Source: an uncultured delta proteobacterium (GTDB taxonomy: Bacteria; Desulfobacterota; Desulfobacteria; Desulfobacterales; UBA2156). Taken from it: a stretch of 64,000 nucleotides of DNA. A program made the translations under genes and the position numbers. The notes below the pieces were generated by a model. The model worked only from the letters and a program-made list of their open reading frames with translations, made no database searches and was not told where the DNA came from. The stretch spans positions 672,001-736,000 of the forward strand of contig CAVTQK010000015.1 of assembly GCA_963736855.1 (NCBI GenBank). The letters run 5' to 3'. The number at the start of each line of letters is the position of its first letter. Position 1 is the stretch's first letter. This document shows positions 33,873-45,128 of the stretch, in pieces.

Positions 33873-35348
33873 CTACGCATCTTTTTCCTTTTCTGCGGTC
33901 AGGGCGGCCAAGAATGGACCCGGCGGGTCGATGATGGGAACATCGGGTCGCAGGGAGGCTAACTCATTGAGAGATTCCCGGATCTCCTTGGAGCCTCGTT
34001 CAAATACTACCCGAACGGTTTCCAGGTCCTGTTTTACTTCTCCGGTGGAGAAGCGACCCGAAGTCTTTTCCAAATACGTTAGGACAAGTTCACGAATGGC
34101 CTGCCAGGTATCCCGGCGGCTTTGATTGTCCTTTGTCGTCAATGTGTCGATGTTAGTAAGTGCCCTGCGATGAAAGCGTTTGCGCAGGAGCTTCGTCATG
34201 ACAGCCAGCCACAGGATTATCAGTGCTACGGCAATGCCGGTGCCGATCAGGACGAGAAGGGAAAAGTCTCCCACCGCGCTGCTGGTGGCAAGCAGAGAGG
34301 TGCCGGCTGCAGCGCCGACCAGGCTGATGAACACTCCGATCAGTGTGTGCCTGAGAGTGGCCTTTCGGAATTGTCTTCGATAACTGAAGAGCGCTTCCAG
34401 AAAATGGCTCAATCTCTCGCTGTGGGTTTCCACGAATGTAGCCAGGTTGTCCAGGCGATATCGGGGGGCCTCCAGGACGGCTTTTTTCAGGTCCTCCCGC
34501 TGGTTTTCGAGATATTTCAAGAATCCAAGATCATGACTCTGAAGGTTTTGCGACGCCATCAGGGCTCGTGGAGAATAGGTCAGATGGATCATCGGAATGT
34601 CTTTTCGGCCCGTGATCTGGGAAAGGTTCCAACACAAGGTGCCGTAAACCCGAAGCAGGTCGTTTAAGGAGCCGCATTCATCGATACGGTTGAGAACGAA
34701 GAGGATCCTGTCCTCAAAAGTGCGGGAGGGGAGGGTATCCCGCAGGCTGGTATGGGTTTCCCGAACGGTGCCGGCTTTGTGGGGATCGAACAGGACCAGG
34801 ATCAAATCGGCCATTTGGGCCAGGTCGCCGATAACCTCCTGATAGTTGTATCCACGGTCCCGCTCCGTGATGCTGTCCAGCATACCGGGGGTGTCGATGA
34901 GGGCCAGCGTATTGAGGAAAGGGGATGCGACTCGTTTAAGACGAAAGTGCGCTGAAAATCGCTGCCCGTGTTTTTTCAGCGATTCAAAGGGAAATTCGGG
35001 ATCGTTGAGCAGATACTTGCCGTCTCGTTCTTCCGTGACACGAATGGGTCCGTCGTCGGGCTGCTTTTCATCCATTGTGATGACAGTGAAAGAGTCATCC
35101 GTAGGCGCTTGCCCGGTAGCCTGGATATCGGCTCCCAGGAATTCATTGATCAAAGCGGATTTGCCGGAGGAGTAATTACCTATTACCAGGACCAGAGGGC
35201 GCCATTTGATGCTCGTCTCCAGGGGTGCTTCACTATAAGAATAACGCAGAGCCACCGGTGTCAGGAGATCCCGAACCATCTCCTGGAGCTCGGAACGCAG
35301 GGCATTGATATAATTTTCACGATAAATCTGCATGGGCAAAGGTGGCAA
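33873..35348 (-). CDS. Dynamin-superfamily P-loop protein, EHD/sarcalumenin-like, with two C-terminal TM helices
   Basis: G1 GNYSSGKS, G2 APTDDSFT, G3 DTPG, G4 NRID; RGYNY, LFDPHK, LLRVYGTLCWNL. Confidence 0.88.
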   Translation of the reverse strand: MPPLPMQIYRENYINALRSELQEMVRDLLTPVALRYSYSEAPLETSIKWRPLVLVIGNYSSGKSALINEFLGADIQATGQAPTDDSFTVITMDEKQPDDGPIRVTEERDGKYLLNDPEFPFESLKKHGQRFSAHFRLKRVASPFLNTLALIDTPGMLDSITERDRGYNYQEVIGDLAQMADLILVLFDPHKAGTVRETHTSLRDTLPSRTFEDRILFVLNRIDECGSLNDLLRVYGTLCWNLSQITGRKDIPMIHLTYSPRALMASQNLQSHDLGFLKYLENQREDLKKAVLEAPRYRLDNLATFVETHSERLSHFLEALFSYRRQFRKATLRHTLIGVFISLVGAAAGTSLLATSSAVGDFSLLVLIGTGIAVALIILWLAVMTKLLRKRFHRRALTNIDTLTTKDNQSRRDTWQAIRELVLTYLEKTSGRFSTGEVKQDLETVRVVFERGSKEIRESLNELASLRPDVPIIDPPGPFLAALTAEKEKDA

Positions 35349-35723
35349 TTCTTTAAGCCGAATAGCTATCAGAACCCGACGGTTGCGTCAATACCCCTTA
35401 GAAACCGGAAGAATACCGGTTCATCCGACTAAAGCGTACTTTGCCTGATGGAGTGTGAATATTTTGATTCTGAAGGATTCCTATTTGGGTCGTGGCGTGA
35501 TCATGGAGTCTGCGTCTGAAATCAGGGCCGGAAACCGATGCCTGACATGGAAGGGGTTACTAACGATATTCTATTTTAAAAGAGGGTCAAATTATCTGAT
35601 CGACATATTCAATTTGCCGTCCAACCTGTTTTTTACTGCTTGATTTTACGGGTCGGAAAGATCCCGCCACCAGGCGGGATGATCGAGCAAACAAACTGCC
35701 CGTAAAATTTGCAATGTTTTTAT

Positions 35724-35800
35724 TGGTCGGGAAGACTGGATTTGAACCAGCGACCCCAGCGTCCCGAACGCTGTGCTCTACCAGACTGAGCCACTTCCCG
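35724..35800 (-). tRNA. tRNA-Pro(CGG)
   Basis: CGGGAAG acceptor stem, anticodon arm CAGCG-TTCGGGA-CGCTG, GGTTCAAATCC T arm, encoded CCA. Confidence 0.98.
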
Positions 35801-35801
35801 A

Positions 35802-36854
35802 CTATGTTTGCTGCTTATGCGTATCAATACTTTGGGAAAATGTATTTTCCCCGGTCAGATTCAGCCCCGGCATTCGGGATACCAGGGCGCGGGCGGTGTC
35901 GATATCGGTATGGCCATAGACCCTGAGCGTGGTGTCTTCTCTTGAGTGCCCAGCCATTTTCGACACGGTTTTCAAATCACCCTCTCTGATTAAATTCGTG
36001 ATGGCGGCGTGCCGGAGATCGTAAAGTCTCAATCTCCGGGTTATCCCCGCACGTTTCTTGGCCCGATTCCAGGCGGTTTTCAATGAGCCGATCCCCTTTC
36101 CCCGCCATTTGATGATCGGTCCGGATTCGGGCTTCCCGTCAGCTTCATGCCACATTCTGAGATGAGATTCAAGCTCTTTGTGTAAAGGCGGCATCCGATT
36201 TCTCGGACCTCCTTTTGAGGCGCCGTGGATGGTGATCGTCTGTCTGTTAAAGTCGATCCTATCCCATGTTAATCGGTTGAGTTCGGACAAGCCCGGTTTG
36301 GCCTCGGTATAATACGCCAGGAGAAGGGCGCGGCGGAATTGGGGGCTGACGCTGTTCCAGATCCGCTTGACCTCGTCAGGGGTTGGAGGCTGAATAATGG
36401 CGTCGTCCCGCTGGGGTTTGCGGTATCCGGCAACCGGATTCTTCAGGGGGTATTTACGGCTGACGGCCCAATTGAGGCTGGTTTGGATATCGGCCAGTTC
36501 CCTGCAGACGGTCACTTGTTTGACGGATTCCAGGCGTTTCGAAACGAAAAAATCCAGGGTGGAAGGATCCAAAGCGGCGGCGGGGATGTGTCCGATCAAC
36601 GGATTGATGACCGATTTGAATTTGTAATCCCAGGTTATGGATGTCATCTCTGCCACCGATCCGTATTTGGCGGTGACAAATAGATTAACAAGTTCGCTGA
36701 ACGTGGCCCCTGTTCGGTTGCGGGAGCCGGCTGATTTCAACGACGCATCGAAGGTCATGGCGTCGGTTTCGGTGGCGAAGTAGCGGCGTTTCCGTTTGCC
36801 TTTGATGTAATAGGCGGCAAACCATTTTCCGTGGCGGGTTTGATGGACGGACAT
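35802..36854 (-). CDS. Phage-type tyrosine integrase, possibly catalytically degenerate
   Basis: YDLRH, MAGH and VYGH present; box I reads YTEAKPG where TGxR is expected. Confidence 0.92.
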   Translation of the reverse strand: MSVHQTRHGKWFAAYYIKGKRKRRYFATETDAMTFDASLKSAGSRNRTGATFSELVNLFVTAKYGSVAEMTSITWDYKFKSVINPLIGHIPAAALDPSTLDFFVSKRLESVKQVTVCRELADIQTSLNWAVSRKYPLKNPVAGYRKPQRDDAIIQPPTPDEVKRIWNSVSPQFRRALLLAYYTEAKPGLSELNRLTWDRIDFNRQTITIHGASKGGPRNRMPPLHKELESHLRMWHEADGKPESGPIIKWRGKGIGSLKTAWNRAKKRAGITRRLRLYDLRHAAITNLIREGDLKTVSKMAGHSREDTTLRVYGHTDIDTARALVSRMPGLNLTGENTFSQSIDTHKQQT

Positions 36855-36863
36855 CAGTATTTA

Positions 36864-37331
36864 TTATCTTTTTCGCGTGGGAGGTTTTCCCCTATCGAAT
36901 TTTGCTTTGAGTTTTGATATCGAGTCAACGATTCCAGGCCGCAATAATCGCCGAAAAACGGGTTCTATATTATTATCTTCGGATGCAAATAAGCAGCTAA
37001 TTATTTCTTCTGTCAATTTGGCATCAAGGGTTCCCTCGAAGGTAATATCCGGATCATTGCTGATATCGTTTGCCGGAATCGGATATCTTTCCCAAAGTTG
37101 GACCCAAGTATCGAGAGGAAAGAATGCTTTATTGGAAGGAATGAAAAAGAGACTGAGTTCTTTGATACAGCCCGGCACCCGGGGCTTATTTTTCTGTTTT
37201 GAAGTGGTTTTAACAAAAAGGTAGGGTTCGTTGTTGCCGGGGGTGTTTAAAAGGATCAAATATTTATTGCCTATGACCCCGTTTTTAAAGACGAGATGTC
37301 TATGTTGAAAAATATCTCCACGCGAATGCAA
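36864..37331 (-). CDS. Hypothetical protein, candidate PemK/MazF-like toxin of a Panacea TA pair
   Basis: Starts directly after the antitoxin stop; RGDIF...KYLILLN...VKTTS pattern. Confidence 0.55.
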   Translation of the reverse strand: MHSRGDIFQHRHLVFKNGVIGNKYLILLNTPGNNEPYLFVKTTSKQKNKPRVPGCIKELSLFFIPSNKAFFPLDTWVQLWERYPIPANDISNDPDITFEGTLDAKLTEEIISCLFASEDNNIEPVFRRLLRPGIVDSISKLKAKFDRGKPPTRKR

Positions 37332-37892
37332 TCATTTAACTCCAAAAAGTTTATACATTTCCTCTCGCTCTTCAACGCGTTCCCTGATTTCTTCAGGAGA
37401 TAACCTAACAACATCACTATCAATTGCCAGCATGTAATCGATTTTTTGGTACTCTCCTTTTTCCCTTAGAGTTTTGTCCCAAGGTTCATTTTTTAGGTGT
37501 GTGGATTCAATCATTGCATCTGCTTTGGTGTCATAAAAGACGAAGGCGATTTCCTCTAAAAGCTGCATCTCTTTTTTAGTAAAATAGAGATCAGAAAATT
37601 TTTTTCGTGGCTGGATTTTTTGAAAGGTCTCTTCTGAAGACAAATCGTGAATGGATTCAATCAAATCCGGCTTCATTTTTCCGGAAATCTCCTCGTAGAG
37701 ATCTTTTGGTACCGGCCCCATTTTCCACGCGAAATACTCGAGGCCGGTAACAGATTTGCCGTTCTCCTTGAAGTGTCTGAAATCTAAGAAGTACAACAGC
37801 TTAAGAAGTTTTGTTTTGCCGCAATACAGGGTATTTTTGGCAAAGTAAATGATGGCGTTTATTAATTTTTCTCTATGATAGGTAATAATCAT
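37332..37892 (-). CDS. Panacea-domain antitoxin (DUF4065/SocA-like)
   Basis: TKLLKLLYFLDF, YFAWKMGPVP, STHLKNEPW. Confidence 0.9.
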   Translation of the reverse strand: MIITYHREKLINAIIYFAKNTLYCGKTKLLKLLYFLDFRHFKENGKSVTGLEYFAWKMGPVPKDLYEEISGKMKPDLIESIHDLSSEETFQKIQPRKKFSDLYFTKKEMQLLEEIAFVFYDTKADAMIESTHLKNEPWDKTLREKGEYQKIDYMLAIDSDVVRLSPEEIRERVEEREEMYKLFGVK

Positions 37893-37986
37893 ATTAATAT
37901 CTTAGTACGCAAGTGTCAGAAAGTCAAACTCGGCATTGAACGGTCCAGCGCCCGTCTTTGCGGAGATAAACGGCCATGGTCGGCAA

Positions 37987-38565
37987 TCAGTTGGAAATGC
38001 ATTTAAAATATGTTCCGACAATTTTCCAGGTGCCGCCGGCATAAGTGCTTCCGACCCAGTCGGAGCCTTCGAAAATCCTGGAGGCGCTTCCACCGACATT
38101 TTCAACCGAAGTTATAATATTCGTAAAACCGCCCTTGTCGCCGGATAGGGAAATGAAGACCTGAAGCAATTTACAGGCTCCTCCGCCGGATACCCTTCCG
38201 GACACCTTGATCCGGTCTTCGCCTTCTTTGGTTACGCTGATGGAGGAGACCTGATAATCGGCCGCTGCTTTGGCTTTTTCGGCTTCGATCCTCCGAGTCT
38301 GCCGATTCGTTTCTATTTCCTTCATGGAATCCTTATATCGTTCGGTGGCTTTTTCGAGTTTGTCTTTGACGGTTTCGGGCTTTTGCGGAGTATGTGCGGC
38401 TTCGCCCTGTTCCTGGATGTTTTCGGCCTCGGGCGGCGGGGCAGTGTTGGTGACGTGCTTTACTCCGTCCTTATCGGTCCAAATATAGATTTGAGCGAGA
38501 GAGACGGATGGAAATGCAATTGAAATGAGGGATGCTATGAAAAATGCTATAAGTTTGGTTTTCAT
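37987..38565 (-). CDS. Exported DUF4124-domain protein
   Basis: Signal peptide, then QIYIWTDKDGVKHVTNTAPP, a coiled coil and a beta-rich C-domain. Confidence 0.85.
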   Translation of the reverse strand: MKTKLIAFFIASLISIAFPSVSLAQIYIWTDKDGVKHVTNTAPPPEAENIQEQGEAAHTPQKPETVKDKLEKATERYKDSMKEIETNRQTRRIEAEKAKAAADYQVSSISVTKEGEDRIKVSGRVSGGGACKLLQVFISLSGDKGGFTNIITSVENVGGSASRIFEGSDWVGSTYAGGTWKIVGTYFKCISN

Positions 38566-38583
38566 GGCGATGCCTCCGTTTGG

Positions 38584-39135
38584 TCATCTATAATTTGTAA
38601 GCCCTTCCCTTGTGGTCCATAATTTTATCCCTTCATAAACGAATTGGGTTTCTCCCCCAAACATACCAGGATGTTCTAGGACGGTCACGGTTATCCCGCT
38701 TTTGATATTAAAGCATTTATTGGATTTAAAGTAGCTGTCGAAACTACCTCGATCTTTTGCTGCTATGAAATGAATCAAATCGTCGAGCCATTCTTTTGTC
38801 CGGCATGCGACACAGTTTTCGCTTGTCGTGGCGATTCCTGTCCCGGAAGGATCGATTCTTTTTTTGGGAGGTTCATAAGAACGAATTGCTTTTTTCGGTT
38901 CCGTAATGGGAAACGTTTCATGTTTTTCTCGAAGGATGTTTTTGACGGTGCTTTTCGGAATGCACTTTTCCTTGCCGTCATGCCAAAAGCATATGTTGTC
39001 CCCGTCTTTCCAGTGGTATTTCGTTTCATAGCTCGTCCCGTCTTCAAGGATGATCGCATACTGGGCAAGGACATGTGGCGCATATCCGATGAGGAAAAAA
39101 ACCGTGGCAATAAAGATTCTACTTTTTATTTTCAT
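38584..39135 (-). CDS. Hypothetical exported protein
   Basis: Signal peptide, two small domains joined by a Pro/Lys linker; ATGA region with GGA RBS. Confidence 0.7.
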   Translation of the reverse strand: MKIKSRIFIATVFFLIGYAPHVLAQYAIILEDGTSYETKYHWKDGDNICFWHDGKEKCIPKSTVKNILREKHETFPITEPKKAIRSYEPPKKRIDPSGTGIATTSENCVACRTKEWLDDLIHFIAAKDRGSFDSYFKSNKCFNIKSGITVTVLEHPGMFGGETQFVYEGIKLWTTREGLTNYR

Positions 39136-39571
39136 GACCTATCCTTTCCACGGACCCACCAAGATCCTTGCCCTCCAGGGTTGATGATTTGCGCGGATGA
39201 TGGCATGGCGTCTCGCCGTTTTCCCTTCGATCGAAAGGAGATTTCCGGCGATTAGGATAGCGCCGACAATAAGGATCTTTCCGATATTTCCATACATGAT
39301 CTCTTTGATGGGTTCCAGGTTGAGTATGGCGCCTACATTTTCAGCCAGTTTATGTAGAGATCCAGGGTATCTCAGGCCGATAAGAAATTTATGTTAGGGA
39401 GATTTTATACAAGAAAGAGTATAAATCAATGGTAAAATTCGTCAGAATGGAAGAAAAGGGGTGAGAATTGAAGCTTTTCCAGGCTTCCATACATTTTACC
39501 TGTGAAATTAAATTCAAAGGAATTACAGAAACTTAAAGGCGAGTGGTACTAAAATCCCGACCGATGTTGAA

Positions 39572-39600
39572 ATCCTATGACCAGGCCGCTTTTTTGTCAA
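39572..39600 (-). promoter_or_regulatory. Sigma70 promoter reading into the island; probable original tRNA-Pro promoter
   Basis: Minus strand TTGACA-17 nt-TAGGAT, 12 nt upstream of CGGGA (the first five tRNA bases). Confidence 0.7.
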
Positions 39601-39629
39601 ATGGAAAGTGTACGCTTCTATGTATGGGC

Positions 39630-41389
<1,760 letters not shown>

Positions 41390-41497
41390 GGATTTTTGCT
41401 CTAAAGCAAATGTGCTCCGTATGCAACCGAAATGAAGTTCCCGTTGACATATCGTCACATTTTTTCTAAAAAAGAGTTGTTTGCTGCATGAGTGCGT

Positions 41498-41573
41498 GCG
41501 CCCGTAGCTCAGTGGATAGAGCGCCGGACTACGAATCCGTAGGCCGCCCGTTCGAATCGGGCCGGGCGCACCA
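41498..41573 (+). tRNA. tRNA-Arg(ACG)
   Basis: GCGCCCG acceptor stem, anticodon loop CTACGAA, GTTCGAATC, CCA end; TTGACA upstream at about 41444. Confidence 0.97.
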
Positions 41574-41723
41574 AATTATAACTGATGTAGGTTGAAAAAT
41601 ATGGACACCAAAGTTTACGAGGTGAGGATCAAGAGGCAGCGCGGTGGACCCCATTGTTTGAACAGCCTGATGGGAGGGATAAGCTCTGAACCGGTTGCTC
41701 AGCATTGAGAACTTGGTGGGGAT

Positions 41724-42009
41724 CGATGATGCCGAGCTAAGAGTGGCTGCCAAGAGCGCGAACTGTTTTCTTCGGGCCGTAGCAGCTTGAAGACAGACCG
41801 TCCGACCCGAGACCAACCCAGGCGAAGAAGGTCAGCAGCGAGATCTGGTGAAACACGCGCGGGTCGCTCGGGTCCTTTGGACGCCCAATGACCATGTGCC
41901 TGGCCTTGCCCAAGACGCCGATGACCCGTGGGCTGACACCCTCTTCGATCATCGGCGTCAGGTCACCCTCCCTCCAACCGCTCATCATACTACCTCCGCT
42001 TCTGCGCAC
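41724..42009 (-). pseudogene. N-terminal fragment of an APC-family permease
   Basis: IGRPKDP..PRVFHQISLLTFFAWVGLGSDGLSSSCYGP, then a frameshift and truncation. Confidence 0.7.
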
Positions 42010-42170
42010 CTACTAACAGCTGGCGTGGTCGAGTGATTGAGAGCGCGCTGAGGCAGTGGCGGCGATCGAGATCCGCAATTCGAAATCGGAAATCCGAAAT
42101 GGACCACTTGACCCACGGGCGCCGCCTATCGCCCACCCGCAACATGTACGCGAAATCTACGCCGACGCGC

Positions 42171-43409
42171 CTACAAGCCCGGGACGCGAAGGATTCCCTG
42201 CAGATCTCTGGCTCTGAGGAAGAGCGTACAGGCGTTTGGCGCCTGGTCGCCGCAGAACCGGATCGTCATGCCGTGCGCCAGGGCACCGGATCTTCCAACC
42301 GTGGTGAGCACGACTGCCGAGTCAACGGATGCGTTCATCGTGCAGTCGTTGCTCCTGCAGTGGGACCCCTCGTTCCACGGCTGAGGGATGATGCTGCCGC
42401 CGATCGTGGGGCCCTGGGTCCGCCCATGCACTCTCGAGCCGGATGGGACCAGGCCAAAGGGGTGACCGATCTCGTGGAGCAATACTCGCCTGACATCGAA
42501 GAGCCAGTCGCTGTTGTGCAGATACTGGCTCGACGGCATGCTATTGCAGGCCACAGTAGCTATCGTGTGGCCCGCGACTCCGCGCGCGGAGGTGCCTGCT
42601 GATGCACCCTGCGGCGCCGGCAATCGGTCCACCGCAACGATCCAGAGCTCGCGCTCCGGGAGATCGGATTCGTAGATGCCCTGAGTCAAGGGCCGATCGT
42701 GCGCATAGTTGAAAATCCTCTCTACATCCGACAGGGCCGCGGGGTTCTGGTGCGGTCTCGGAATCGCTGTAACCGGGGTTCCTCAGGGTTGCTCATGTTC
42801 CAGCAGGATGCCGTAATTGTCACGGTAGAAGTCGATCGCGTACTGCAGCACGTTTCTCTCGTCTGCGGTGAGCCTGGTCCCAGGGTCGTTCGTGCTCGGG
42901 AATTGCGTCAGGCTCCATCTCCCGCCGGTTTTGCTCATCTCCACATACCGGAAGATGATTCGTTTTCTGACTGTTATTCGAGCCTCAGGGGCCGGTGACC
43001 CGGCCTGCAGGAAGGTAACGACATACCTGTCGAGGCCGCACCCCGATGTCTTGAAACTCACCGTCGTTCCAGCTCCACTCTGTTGCGTATTCGGAGCGAT
43101 GTAGACTGGACTCCCACTGACAAGGACCGACGTCATATACGTTTCGCCCAGCACATCGTGCGGGACGTTTCTCTGGTCTGCGGCAATTCGCCAGTTTGCG
43201 CCGGGAAGTACGGTGGCGGTGGAGCCAGGGGCAACGGCTCCCTGCTGCATCACTGCGCCTTGCAGGGAAACCGTGATGTCGCGGGCGTTGTCAATGCTGG
43301 ATGAATCGTTCGAGTCCGGCGGTTCATTGATGTAAACATAGTATTCGTTGTTCTCTGGGCTAATGGTACGCCGATGCCCCTGCGCACCCTGCTCGACCGT
43401 TACAGGCAT
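42171..43409 (-). pseudogene. Probable single gene ending in a zinc-metalloprotease-like domain, interrupted by TGA at 42783-42785 and a frameshift near 42720
   Basis: LLHEIGHPFGL...HCRSNDCTM...FC motif in the distal ORF; coding-like sequence continues across the gap. Confidence 0.55.
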
Positions 43410-43424
43410 TAGCTCCCTCCGAAT

Positions 43425-44198
43425 TCAGCTCTGATGGAGATCACGAAGCCGACCTTGCGTCGCTTCATCGGCCTCTCCCGTGACCGTCAAGCCGTTCTTT
43501 TCCTGAAATGCCCTCAGAGCCGCTTCGAGCGCCGGCGTTGGCTCTTCCGTGAGATCTCCGCACCCGAATCCCAAGTTCGCCAGACGTTGCTTGACGCCGC
43601 TCAGCTCCGATATCGGATTTAGGTGCCCGATTCGGAACTCGAAGACCAGCTCGTTGGGAGTCCCACCGTCAACTACCAGCCTGCCCGCACGCGCATTGGG
43701 CCTGATGCTGCACTCGACGACGCCATCGTCACCCAGATTGCCGCTGGTAAGAACGCCGTCGATCTCTAACGTGTAGGGGGCGTTGGCGCGAGGCGTGCTC
43801 CTCGCCGCCGTCTGAGCCGTCGTGCCTTCTCGACCGGACGTGCCCTGCACCCCCCCAGACGAGGACCGCGCGGCCTGACCGTCCTCTGCCTGCCCATCCT
43901 GCGGCGCCTCACCCTCATACTTCATCACGCGGATGCGGAGCGTCTCCGGCACGCCCTTACGCCTGAACGAATGCCGCTCCTCCGTGGCCCCAGACTCATC
44001 TCTCTCCCTGCGTTCCGGCACGAAGAGCATATCACTGGGATGGAGAACATTGCGATCTGCCCGTCTTCCCTTCAGATCAGCATTGCTGGGATGATCCCAA
44101 ATGGTCTCCGGGAGCAGGCCGTGTCGAAATGCGATGCTGGAAGTGGAATCGCCCTGCCGAACCGTGTACAAACCCATTCCCCCAAAACCCTCCCTCAC
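43425..44198 (-). CDS. LysM-like + C-terminal peptidoglycan-binding domain protein
   Basis: YTVRQGDSTSSIA...IWDHPSNADL; GVKQRLANLGF...ALRAFQEKNGLTVTGEAD. Confidence 0.88.
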   Translation of the reverse strand: MREGFGGMGLYTVRQGDSTSSIAFRHGLLPETIWDHPSNADLKGRRADRNVLHPSDMLFVPERRERDESGATEERHSFRRKGVPETLRIRVMKYEGEAPQDGQAEDGQAARSSSGGVQGTSGREGTTAQTAARSTPRANAPYTLEIDGVLTSGNLGDDGVVECSIRPNARAGRLVVDGGTPNELVFEFRIGHLNPISELSGVKQRLANLGFGCGDLTEEPTPALEAALRAFQEKNGLTVTGEADEATQGRLRDLHQS

Positions 44199-44635
44199 CG
44201 CAGATACCTAGCCCGCGCGAACCGCGTTTCTCTGCATGTCCCGTCGATCATATCGGCCCAGCGAAGCGGCTGTCAACGGTGTGCGCGGTTCCGTAATCCG
44301 GCGGAGGCATCTTTGCATCCGTGAACGATTGATAAGAAATCGCTTTCTAAGCATATCTAAATCTTAGCAGAAAAAACGGGTATGTCAAGGTGTTGTCTTG
44401 CTTGCCATCCCCCAGTTTTGATGAGCAAGAGGGATGAAAGGGGAGAAACAGGAGCAAAGCGGCAGACTTCTGCTACGAGGCGGACAGCAGGGATGGACAG
44501 ATGATGCGGAAAGTAGTTGCTACTGAGGGCATGGCGATAGAGTTTTTTCGGACAAAGACATATAGATGCCCTTCTGAGCTTATGTTGCTGGCAAGGGATT
44601 ATACCGCACTGATCAGCGAGAGCGCGGAGGTAGTA

Positions 44636-44914
44636 AAGACCATTGATGCCTACGCCCGCGCTGTGCGCTGGATCAGTGAACATTTTGATTGCTGCCCCGA
44701 TCAGTTGACTCTGGAACAGCGGGAAGTCTATTTTTCCGACCTAGTGAAGTCCCATTACTGGAGTACCATCAAAATTGACCGTAATGGTTTGCAGTTTTTC
44801 TGGAAACATGTCCTCAAACAAGACTGGCAGTGGGTCAATATCATCAAAGCCCCCAAAGTGCGTTCACTGCCCGATATTCTCACCATCGCCAAAGTTGAAC
44901 AATTGATCGGTGCA
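44636..44914 (+). pseudogene. Integrase N-terminal (SAM-like) fragment of the type paired with IS91-like transposases
   Basis: KTIDAYARAVR...PDQLT...WSTIKIDRNGLQFFWKHVL...LPDILT; no catalytic domain. Confidence 0.7.
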
Positions 44915-45128
44915 GGTCTCAAACGCCGTGGAAGCGTTGATTTTCCTGGCTTCAGCACGCTTTTGAGAAAATCCTTTACAGACACGGTTTTTCCGGATAC
45001 GATATCTTTGCGTTTTTACCATCTGGGTACCTCCTGTCGTGGATGTTTAGGTTCGGCAAAACCCTTTCCATAACAGTGTTCCCAGATGGTTTTTTATTTT
45101 TCAAGATCTCTTTAGTGAAAGATTCAGG
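44900..45128 (-). mobile_element. Left end and first codons of an IS transposase, tentatively IS1380 family
   Basis: GGAGG RBS, ATG at 45022: MVKTQRYRIRKNRVCKGFSQKRAEARKINASTAFETCTDQL; candidate end CCTGAATCTTTCAC at 45128; family recalled from memory. Confidence 0.45.

Larger units (their letters stand above)
35796..39561 (-). mobile_element. Small integrative island or prophage remnant at the 5' end of tRNA-Pro
   Basis: Tyrosine integrase abutting the tRNA, AT-richer cargo, TCCCGAC direct repeat at 35796 and 39555. Confidence 0.7.

Noticed and set aside
39139..39297. Small minus-strand ORF MYGNIGKILIVGAILIAG at the island end
   Set aside because: Only 52 codons with no recognisable family; may be a remnant but is not supportable
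42783..42785. In-frame TGA as selenocysteine
   Set aside because: Not in a redox motif, and a further frameshift is needed downstream to reach the protease motif
44501..45073. Intact 190-aa integrase or integron integrase
   Set aside because: Only the middle resembles an integrase N-domain; the flanks are unrelated and no catalytic residues are present
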